Assembly (NCBI RefSeq): GCF_009914755.1
Contig: NC_060927.1
Source of the DNA: the human T2T-CHM13v2.0 reference genome, Homo sapiens
DNA length: 64,000 nt
Strand: one strand, 5' to 3'
Below are positions 53,501-64,000 of this stretch, one piece after another. Numbering within the stretch: the stretch's first letter is position 1; each line of letters starts with the position of its first letter. The translations under genes and the position numbers were made by a program. The notes under the pieces were generated by a model. The model worked only from the letters and a program-made list of their open reading frames with translations, had not been told where the DNA came from and did not search any database.

Positions 53501-56500
53501 GAAAAAATCCCGTTTCCAACGAAGGCCTCAAAGATGTTTAAATATCCACTTGCAGACTTCACAAACAGAGGGTTTCCAAACTGCTCTATGAAAAGAAAGG
53601 TTAAACTCTGTGAGTTGAACGCACACATCACAAAGTAGCTTCTGAGAATGATACTGTCTAGTTTTTATACGAAGATATTTCCTTTCTACCATTGGCGTCA
53701 AAGCGCTAGAATTCTCCACTTGCAAATTCCACAAAAAGAGTGTTTCCAATCTGCTCTGTCTAAAGGAAGGTTCAACTCTGTGAGTTGAATACACACACAC
53801 AAAGAAGGTACTGAGAATTCTTTTTTCAAGAAATTATAAGAAGAAATCCCGTTTCCAACGAAGGCCTCAAAGAGTTCCAAATATCCACTTGCACACTGCA
53901 CAAACTAAGTCTTTCCAAACTGCTCTATGCAAAGAAATGTTCAACTCTGTGAGTTTAATACACACATCACAAAGCAGTTTCTGAGAATGATACTGTCTAG
54001 TTTTTATACGAAGATATTTCCTTTTGTACCATTGGCCTCATACTGCTAGAATTTTCCACTTGCAAATTCCACAAAAAGAGTGTTTCCAATCCGCTCTGTC
54101 TAAAGGAAGGTTCAACTCTCTGATTTGAATACATACATCCCAAAAGAAGTTACTGAGAATTCTTCTGTCTAGCATTATGTGAAGAAATCCCGTTTCCAAC
54201 GAAAGCCTCAAAGAGGTCCAAATATCCAGTTGCAGAATTTACAAACTGACTGTTTCCAAACTCATCTATGAAAAGAAAGGTTAAACTCTGTGAGTTGAAT
54301 GCACATATCACAAAGTAGTTCCTGAGAATGATTCTGTCTAGTTTTTATACGAAGATATTTCCTTTTCCACCAATGGCCTCAAAGTGCTTGAAATCTCCCC
54401 TTGCAAATTCCACAGACAAGTGTTTCAAATCTGCACTGTCTAAAGGAAGGTTCAACCCTGTGAGTTGAATACACACACACAGAAAAAAATTCACTGAGAA
54501 TTCTATTGTCTATCATTACACGAAGAAATCCCGTTTACTACGAAGGCCTCAAAGAGGTCCAAATATCCAGCTGCAGACATTACAAACTGAGTGTTTCCAA
54601 AGTGCTCTATGAAAAGAAGTGTTAAACACTGTGAGTTCAATGCACACATCCCAAAGCAGTTTCTGAGAATGATGCCGTCTATTTTTTCTACGAAGATATT
54701 TCCTTTTCTGCCGTTGGCCTCAAAGCGCTTGAAATCTCCACTTGCAAATTCCACAAAAAGAGAGTTTCAAATCTGCTCTGTCTAAAGGAAGGTTCAACTC
54801 TGTGAGTTGAATACACACCACAAAAAGAAGTTACTGAGAATTCTTCTGTCTAGCATTATATGAAAAATCCCGTTTCCAACGAAGGCCACAAAGAGGTCCA
54901 AATATCCACTTGCAGATTCTGCAAAAAGAGTGTTTCCAAACTGCTCTATGGAAAGAAACGTTAAACTCTGTGAGTTGAACGCAAACATCACAAAGTAGTT
55001 TCTGAGAATGACTCCGTCTAGTTTTTATACGAAGATATTTCCTTTCCTACCATTCACTTCAAAGCGCTTGAAGTCTCCCCCTGAAAATTCCACAAAAAGT
55101 GTTTCCAATCTGCTCCGCCTAAAGGAAGCTTCAACTCTGTGACTTGAATACCCACAACCCAAAGAAGTTACTGAGAATTCTTCTGTCTAGCAGTATATGA
55201 AGAAATCCCGTTTCCAACGAAGGCCTCAAATACATCCAAATATCCAGTTGCTGACTTTACAAACTGAGTGTTTCCAAACTGCTCTATGAAAAGAAAGGTT
55301 AAACACTGTGAGTTGAACACACACGTACCAAAGTAGTTTCTGAGAATGATTCTGTCTAGTTTGCATACGAAGATATTTCCTTTTCTACCATTGGCCTCAA
55401 AGCTCTGAAATCTCCACTTGCAAATTCCACAAAAAGAGAGTTTCAACTCTGCTGTTTCTAAAGGAAAGTTCAACTCTGAGAGTTGAATACACACCAGAAA
55501 AAGCAGTTACTGAGAAGTCTTCTGTCTAGCATTATATGAAGAAATCCCATTTCCAACGAAGACTTCAAAGAGGTCCAAATATCCACTTGCAGATTCTGCA
55601 AAAAGAGTGTTTCGAAACAACTGTATGAAAAGAAAGGTTAAACACTGTGAGTTGAACGCACACATTGCAAAGCAGTTTCTGAGAATGATTCCGTCTAATT
55701 ATTATACGAAGGTATTTCCTTTTCTATCATTGGCCTCAAAGCGCTTGATACCTCCACCTGAAAATTCCACAAAAAGAGTGTTTCCAATCTACTCTGTCTA
55801 AAGGAACGTTCAACTCTGTGAGTTGAATACACACACACAGAAAGAATTCACTGAGAATTCTTCTGTCTGGCATTACATGAAGAAATCCCGTTTCCAACGA
55901 AGGCCTCAAAGAGGTCCAAATATCCACTTGCAGATTCTGCAAAAAGAGTGTTTCAAAACCGCTCCATTAAAAGGAATGTTGAACTCTGTGAGTTGAATGG
56001 AAACATCACAACTCAGTTGCTGAGAATGCTTCTGACTAGATTTTATGGTAAGATATTTCCTTTTCTACCGTAGGCTTCAATGCCCTCTAAATACACCCTT
56101 GCAAATTCTACAAAGAGACTGTTTCATAACTGCTCTATAGGAAGAAAGGTTCAACTCTGTGAGTTGAATGCAGAGATCACAACGTGGTTTCTGCGAATGA
56201 TTCTTTGTAGTTTTTACAGGAAGATATTTCGTTGTCAACCGTAGGCTTCAAAGCACTCAAAGTATTCACTTGGAACTTTTACAAAAAGAGTGTTAGAAAA
56301 CTGCTCTTTCCAAAGTAAGGTTCAACTCTGTGAGTTGAATGCACACATAACAATCAAGAAGTTTCTGAGAATTCTTCTGTCCTGGTTTATATGAAAAAAT
56401 CCCGTTTCCAACGAAGGCCTCAAAGACGTTTAAATATCCACTTGCAGACTTCACAAACAGAGTGTTTCCAAACTGCTCTATGAAAATAAAGGTTAAACTC

Positions 56501-59500
56501 TGTGAGTTGAACGCACACATCACAAAGTAGCTTCTGAGAATGATACTGTCTAGTTTTTATACGAAGATATTTCCTTTCTACCATTGGTGTCAAAGCGCTA
56601 GAATTCTCCACTTGCAAATTCCACAAAAAGAGTGTTTCCAATCTGCTCTGTCTAAAGGAAGGTTCAACTCTGTGAGTTGAATACACACACACAAAGAAGC
56701 TACTGAGAATTCTTTTGTCAAGAATTATAAGAAGAAATCCCGTTTCCAACGAAGGCCTCAAAGAGTTCCAAATATCCACTTGCACACTGCACAAACTAAG
56801 TCTTTCCAAACTGCTCTATGCAAAGAAATGTTCAACTCTGTGAGTTTAATACACACATCACAAAGCAGTTTCTGAGAATGATACTGTCTAGTTTTTATAC
56901 GAAGATATTTCCTTTTGTACCATTGGCCTCATACTGCTAGAATTTTCCACTTGCAAATTCCACAAAAAGAGTGTTTCCAATCCGCTCTGTCTAAAGGAAG
57001 GTTCAACTCTCTGATTTGAATACATACATCCCAAAAGAAGTTACTGAGAATTCTTCTGTCTAGCATTATGTGAAGAAATCCCGTTTCCAACGAAAGCCTC
57101 AAAGAGGTCCAAATATCCAGTTGCAGAATTTACAAACTGACTGTTTCCAAACTCATCTATGAAAAGAAAGGTTAAACTCTGTGAGTTGAATGCACATATC
57201 ACAAAGTAGTTCCTGAGAATGATTCTGTCTAGTTTTTATACGAAGATATTTCCTTTTCCACCAATGGCCTCAAAGTGCTTGAAATCTCCCCTTGCAAATT
57301 CCACAGACAAGTGTTTCAAATCTGCACTGTCTAAAGGAAGGTTCAACCCTGTGAGTTGAATACACACACACAGAAAAAAATTCACTGAGAATTCTATTGT
57401 CTATCATTACACGAAGAAATCCCGTTTACTACGAAGGCCTCAAAGAGGTCCAAATATCCAGCTGCAGACATTACAAACTGAGTGTTTCCAAAGTGCTCTA
57501 TGAAAAGAAGTGTTAAACACTGTGAGTTCAATGCACACATCCCAAAGCAGTTTCTGAGAATGATGCCGTCTATTTTTTCTACGAAGATATTTCCTTTTCT
57601 GCCGTTGGCCTCAAAGCGCTTGAAATCTCCACTTGCAAATTCCACAAAAAGAGAGTTTCAAATCTGCTCTGTCTAAAGGAAGGTTCAACTCTGTGAGTTG
57701 AATACACACCACAAAAAGAAGTTACTGAGAATTCTTCTGTCTAGCATTATATGAAAAATCCCGTTTCCAACGAAGGCCACAAAGAGGTCCAAATATCCAC
57801 TTGCAGATTCTGCAAAAAGAGTGTTTCCAAACTGCTCTATGGAAAGAAACGTTAAACTCTGTGAGTTGAACGCAAACATCACAAAGTAGTTTCTGAGAAT
57901 GACTCCGTCTAGTTTTTATACGAAGATATTTCCTTTCCTACCATTCACTTCAAAGCGCTTGAAGTCTCCCCCTGAAAATTCCACAAAAAGTGTTTCCAAT
58001 CTGCTCCGCCTAAAGGAAGCTTCAACTCTGTGACTTGAATACCCACAACCCAAAGAAGTTACTGAGAATTCTTCTGTCTAGCATTATATGAAGAAATCCC
58101 GTTTCCAACGAAGGCCTCAAATACATCCAAATATCCAGTTGCTGACTTTACAAACTGAGTGTTTCCAAACTGCTCTATGAAAAGAAAGGTTAAACACTGT
58201 GAGTTGAACACACACGTACCAAAGTAGTTTCTGAGAATGATTCTGTCTAGTTTGCATACGAAGATATTTCCTTTTCTACCATTGGCCTCAAAGCTCTGAA
58301 ATCTCCACTTGCAAATTCCACAAAAAGAGAGTTTCAACTCTGCTGTTTCTAAAGGAAAGTTCAACTCTGAGAGTTGAATACACACCAGAAAAAGCAGTTA
58401 CTGAGAAGTCTTCTGTCTAGCATTATATGAAGAAATCCCATTTCCAACGAAGACTTCAAAGAGGTCCAAATATCCACTTGCAGATTCTGCAAAAAGAGTG
58501 TTTCGAAACAACTGTATGAAAAGAAAGGTTAAACACTGTGAGTTGAACGCACACATTGCAAAGCAGTTTCTGAGAATGATTCCGTCTAATTATTATACGA
58601 AGGTATTTCCTTTTCTATCATTGGCCTCAAAGCGCTTGATACCTCCACCTGAAAATTCCACAAAAAGAGTGTTTCCAATCTACTCTGTCTAAAGGAACGT
58701 TCAACTCTGTGAGTTGAATACACACACACAGAAAGAATTCACTGAGAATTCTTCTGTCTGGCATTACATGAAGAAATCCCGTTTCCAACGAAGGCCTCAA
58801 AGAGGTCCAAATATCCACTTGCAGATTCTGCAAAAAGAGTGTTTCAAAACCGCTCCATTAAAAGGAATGTTGAACTCTGTGAGTTGAATGGAAACATCAC
58901 AACTCAGTTGCTGAGAATGCTTCTGACTAGATTTTATGGTAAGATATTTCCTTTTCTACCGTAGGCTTCAATGCCCTCTAAATACACCCTTGCAAATTCT
59001 ACAAAGAGACTGTTTCATAACTGCTCTATAGGAAGAAAGGTTCAACTCTGTGAGTTGAATGCAGAGATCACAACGTGGTTTCTGCAAATGATTCTTTGTA
59101 GTTTTTACAGGAAGATATTTCGTTGTCAACCGTAGGCTTCAAAGCACTCAAAGTATTCACTTGGAACTTTTACAAAAAGAGTGTTAGAAAACTGCTCTTT
59201 CCAAAGTAAGGTTCAACTCTGTGAGTTGAATGCACACATAACAATCAAGAAGTTTCTGAGAATTCTTCTGTCCTGGTTTATATGAAAAAATCCCGTTTCC
59301 AACGAAGGCCTCAAAGACGTTTAAATATCCACTTGCAGACTTCACAAACAGAGTGTTTCCAAACTGCTCTATGAAAAGAAAGGTTAAACTCTGTGAGTTG
59401 AACGCACACATCACAAAGTAGCTTCTGAGAATGATACTGTCTAGTTTTTATATGAAGATATTTCCTTTCTACCATTGGTGTCAAAGCGCTAGAATTCTCC

Positions 59501-61918
59501 ACTTGCAAATTCCACAAAAAGAGTGTTTCCAATCTGCTCTTTCTAAAGGAAGGTTCAACTCTGTGAGTTGAATACACACACAAAGAAGCTACTGAGAATT
59601 CTTTTGTCAAGAATTATAAGAAGAAATCCCGTTTCCAACGAAGGCCTCAAAGAGTTCCAAATATCCACTTGCACACTGCACAAACTAAGTCTTTCCAAAC
59701 TGCTCTATGCAAAGAAATGTTCAACTCTGTGAGTTTAATACACACATCACAAAGCAGTTTCTGAGAATGATACTGTCTAGTTTTTATACGAAGATATTTC
59801 CTTTTGTACCATTGGCCTCATACTGCTAGAATTTTCCACTTGCAAATTACACAAAAAGAGTGTTTCCAATCCGCTCTGTCTAAAGGAAGGTTCAACTCTC
59901 TGATTTGAATACATACATCCCAAAAGAATTTACTGAGAATTCTTCTGTCTAGCATTATGTGAAGAAATCCCGTTTCCAACGAAAGCCTCAAAGAGGTCCA
60001 AATATCCAGTTGCAGAATTTACAAACTGACTGTTTCCAAACTCATCTATGAAAAGAAAGGTTAAACTCTGTGAGTTGAATGCACATATCACAAAGTAGTT
60101 CCTGAGAATGATTCTGTCTAGTTTTTATACGAAGATATTTCCTTTTCCACCAATGGCCTCAAAGTGCTTGAAATCTCTCTCCCTTGCAAATTCCACAGAC
60201 AAGTGTTTCAAATCTGCACTGTCTAAAGGAAGGTTCAACCCTGTGAGTTGAATACACACACACAGAAAAAAATTCACTGAGAATTCTATTGTCTATCATT
60301 ACACGAAGAAATCCCGTTTACTACGAAGGCCTCAAAGAGGTCCAAATATCCAGCTGCAGACATTACAAACTGAGTGTTTCCAAAGTGCTCTATGAAAAGA
60401 AGTGTTAAACACTGTGAGTTCAATGCACACATCCCAAAGCAGTTTCTGAGAATGATTCCGTCTGTTTTTTCTACGAAGATATTTCCTTTTCTACCGTTGG
60501 CCTCAAAGCGCTTGAAATCTCCACTTGCAAATTCCACAAAAAGAGAGTTTCAAATCTGCTCTGTCTAAAGGAAGGTTCAACTCTGTGAGTTGAATACACA
60601 CCACAAAAAGAAGTTACTGAGAATTCTTCTGTCTAGCATTATATGAAAAATCCCGTTTCCAACGAAGGCCACAAAGAGGTCCAAATATCCACTTGCAGAT
60701 TCTGCAAAAAGAGTGTTTCCAAACTGCTCTATGAAAAGAAACGTTAAACTCTGTGAGTTGAACGCAAACATCACAAAGTAGTTTCTGAGAATGACTCCGT
60801 CTAGTTTTTATACGAAGATATTTCCTTTCCTACCATTCACTTCAAAGCGCTTGAAGTCTCCCCCTGAAAATTCCACAAAAAGTGTTTCCAATCTGCTCCG
60901 CCTAAAGGAAGCTTCAACTCTGTGACTTGAATACCCACAACCCAAAGAAGTTACTGAGAATTCTTCTGTCTAGCATTATATGAAGAAATCCCGTTTCCAA
61001 CGAAGGCCTCAAATACATCCAAATATCCAGTTGCTGACTTTACAAACTGAGTGTTTCCAAACTGCTCTATGAAAAGAAAGGTTAAACACTGTGAGTTGAA
61101 CACACACGTACCAAAGTAGTTTCTGAGAATGATTCTGTCTAGTTTGCATACGAAGATATTTCCTTTTCTACCATTGGCCTCAAAGCTCTGAAATCTCCAC
61201 TTGCAAATTCCACAAAAAGAGAGTTTCAACTCTGCTGTTTCTAAAGGAAAGTTCAACTCTGAGAGTTGAATACACACCAGAAAAAGCAGTTACTGAGAAG
61301 TCTTCTGTCTAGCATTATATGAAGAAATCCCATTTCCAACGAAGACTTCAAAGAGGTCCAAATATCCACTTGCAGATTCTGCAAAAAGAGTGTTTCGAAA
61401 CAACTGTATGAAAAGAAAGGTTAAACACTGTGAGTTGAACGCACACATTGCAAAGCAGTTTCTGAGAATGATTCCGTCTAATTATTATACGAAGGTATTT
61501 CCTTTTCTATCATTGGCCTCAAAGCGCTTGATACCTCCACCTGAAAATTCCACAAAAAGAGTGTTTCCAATCTACTCTGTCTAAAGGAACGTTCAACTCT
61601 GTGAGTTGAATACACACACACAGAAAGAATTCACTGAGAATTCTTCTGTCTGGCATTACATGAAGAAATCCCGTTTCCAACGAAGGCCTCAAAGAGGTCC
61701 AAATATCCACTTGCAGATTCTGCAAAAAGAGTGTTTCAAAACCGCTCCATTAAAAGGAATGTTGAACTCTGTGAGTTGAATGCAAACATCACAACTCAGT
61801 TTCTGAGAATGCTTCTGACTAGATTTTATGGTAAGATATTTCCTTTTCTACCGTAGGCTTCAATGCCCTCTAAATACACCCTTGCAAATTCTACAAAGAG
61901 ACTGTTTCATAACTGCTC
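44569..61918 (-). repeat. HOR units 17-22, 17-mers (starts 44569, 47461, 50353, 53244, 56136, 59027)
   Basis: Periods from the ORF offsets are 2892, 2892, 2891, 2892, 2891 and 2892. Confidence 0.93.
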
Positions 61919-64000
61919 TATAGGAAGAAAGGTTCAACACTGTGAGTTGAATGCAGAGATCACAACGTGGTTTCTGCGAATGATTCTTTGTAGTTTTTAC
62001 ATGAAGATATTTCGTTGTCAACCGTAGGCTTCAAAGCACTCAAAGTATTCACTTGGAACTTTTACAAAAAGAGTGTTAGAAAACTGCTCTTTCCAAAGTA
62101 AGGTTCAACTCTGTGAGTTGAATGCACACATAACAATCAAGAAGTTTCTGAGAATTCTTCTGTCCTGGTTTATATGAAAAAATCCCGTTTCCAACGAAGG
62201 CCTCAAAGACGTTTAAATATCCACTTGCAGACTTCACAAACAGAGGGTTTCCAAACTGCTCTATGAAAAGAAAGGTTAAACTCTGTGAGTTTAATACACA
62301 CATCACAAAGCAGTTTCTGAGAATGATACTGTCTAGTTTTTATACGAAGATATTTCCTTTTGTACCATTGGCCTCATACTGCTAGAATTTTCCACTTGCA
62401 AATTCCACAAAAAGAGTGTTTCCAATCCGCTCTGTCTAAAGGAAGGTTCAACTCTCTGATTTGAATACATACATCCCAAAAGAAGTTACTGAGAATTCTT
62501 CTGTCTAGCATTATGTGAAGAAATCCCGTTTCCAACGAAAGCCTCAAAGAGGTCCAAATATCCAGTTGCAGAATTTACAAACTGACTGTTTCCAAACTCA
62601 TCTATGAAAAGAAAGGTTAAACTCTGTGAGTTGAATGCACATATCACAAAGTAGTTCCTGAGAATGATTCTGTCTAGTTTTTATACGAAGATATTTCCTT
62701 TTCCACCAATGGCCTCAAAGTGCTTGAAATCTCCCCTTGCAAATTCCACAGACAAGTGTTTCAAATCTGCACTGTCTAAAGGAAGGTTCAACCCTGTGAG
62801 TTGAATACACACACACAGAAAAAAATTCACTGAGAATTCTATTGTCTATCATTACACGAAGAAATCCCGTTTACTACGAAGGCCTCAAAGAGGTCCAAAT
62901 ATCCAGCTGCAGACATTACAAACTGAGTGTTTCCAAAGTGCTCTATGAAAAGAAGTGTTAAACACTGTGAGTTCAATGCACACATCCCAAAGCAGTTTCT
63001 GAGAATGATGCCGTCTATTTTTTCTACGAAGATATTTCCTTTTCTGCCGTTGGCCTCAAAGCGCTTGAAATCTCCACTTGCAAATTCCACAAAAAGAGAG
63101 TTTCAAATCTGCTCTGTCTAAAGGAAGGTTCAACTCTGTGAGTTGAATACACACCACAAAAAGAAGTTACTGAGAATTCTTCTGTCTAGCATTATATGAA
63201 AAATCCCGTTTCCAACGAAGGCCACAAAGAGGTCCAAATATCCACTTGCAGATTCTGCAAAAAGAGTGTTTCCAAACTGCTCTATGGAAAGAAACGTTAA
63301 ACTCTGTGAGTTGAACGCAAACATCACAAAGTAGTTTCTGAGAATGACTCCGTCTAGTTTTTATACGAAGATATTTCCTTTCCTACCATTCACTTCAAAG
63401 CGCTTGAAGTCTCCCCCTGAAAATTCCACAAAAAGTGTTTCCAATCTGCTCCGCCTAAAGGAAGCTTCAACTCTGTGACTTGAATACCCACAACCCAAAG
63501 AAGTTACTGAGAATTCTTCTGTCTAGCATTATATGAAGAAATCCCGTTTCCAACGAAGGCCTCAAATACATCCAAATATCCAGTTGCTGACTTTACAAAC
63601 TGAGTGTTTCCAAACTGCTCTATGAAAAGAAAGGTTAAACACTGTGAGTTGAACACACACGTACCAAAGTAGTTTCTGAGAATGATTCTGTCTAGTTTGC
63701 ATACGAAGATATTTCCTTTTCTACCATTGGCCTCAAAGCTCTGAAATCTCCACTTGCAAATTCCACAAAAAGAGAGTTTCAACTCTGCTGTTTCTAAAGG
63801 AAAGTTCAACTCTGAGAGTTGAATACACACCAGAAAAAGCAGTTACTGAGAAGTCTTCTGTCTAGCATTATATGAAGAAATCCCATTTCCAACGAAGACT
63901 TCAAAGAGGTCCAAATATCCACTTGCAGATTCTGCAAAAAGAGTGTTTCGAAACAACTGTATGAAAAGAAAGGTTAAACACTGTGAGTTGAACGCACACA
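61919..64000 (-). repeat. HOR unit 23 (truncated by window end): 15-mer variant with 338-bp / 2-monomer deletion
   Basis: The ORF offset 62076 to 62839 is 763 instead of 1101. The junction 'aaaggttaaactctgtgagtt|taatacacacatc' is at about 62279-62292. Confidence 0.9.

Larger units (their letters stand above)
1..64000 (-). repeat. Alpha satellite higher-order repeat array (17-mer, 2891 bp), most likely human chromosome 3 D3Z1
   Basis: The ~170-bp monomers carry alphoid motifs (ctctgtgagttgaa, ttctgagaat, gatatttcct). The ORF track recurs at a 2891-bp step (158, 3049, 5940...), and 2891/17 is about 170. CENP-B box and box-less monomers alternate as dimers. There is one AAGCTT per unit (1882, 4773...). 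A ~2.9-kb HindIII 17-mer is the known D3Z1 unit; the chromosome assignment is from recall, not alignment. Confidence 0.95.

Noticed and set aside
158-63830. Many recurring 62-129 aa ORFs on both strands
   Set aside because: They recur with the HOR period, overlap in different frames and are simple translations of alpha satellite. They are freely broken by frameshifts and stops (e.g. 29500, 38903) and show no recognisable protein family.
1-64000. CRISPR-like repeat/spacer pattern suggested by regularly spaced 17-bp motifs
   Set aside because: The intervening sequences are homologous satellite monomers rather than unique spacers, there are no cas genes, and the motifs are CENP-B boxes.
1-64000. 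Transposon insertion (L1/Alu) or inversion in the array
   Set aside because: Every period is explained by 2891 bp, +1 bp, or whole-monomer deletions. I saw no poly(A) tail, foreign sequence or strand switch.
1-64000. Claim of a new biological system, or of the kinetochore (CDR) position
   Set aside because: Nothing other than alpha satellite is present, and HOR structural variants are a known class. CENP-A and methylation state cannot be read from sequence. Whether these specific variants are novel needs comparison with T2T/HPRC annotations.

Overview
The whole 64 kb is primate (human-type) centromeric alpha satellite: about 375 head-to-tail ~170-bp monomers in one orientation, with the conventional consensus on the minus strand. 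They form a 17-monomer, 2891-bp higher-order repeat (HOR) with one HindIII site per unit, best matching the chromosome 3 active array D3Z1. Counting from position 1, there are 22 complete units and one partial unit. Three units are structural variants: a 13-mer (34694-36908), an 11-mer (42693-44568) and a 15-mer (61919 to the end). Each canonical unit has 8 CENP-B box positions (7 core-intact, 1 dead). I found no genes, mobile elements, inversions or RNA genes; all listed ORFs are repeat by-products. I see no new gene system. The interesting signal is array evolution: a recent ~7-kb multi-HOR duplication, deletion junctions at homology tracts, a patchwork hybrid monomer, a local CENP-B box-poor zone and mosaic HOR haplotypes. 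All comparisons were made by eye.
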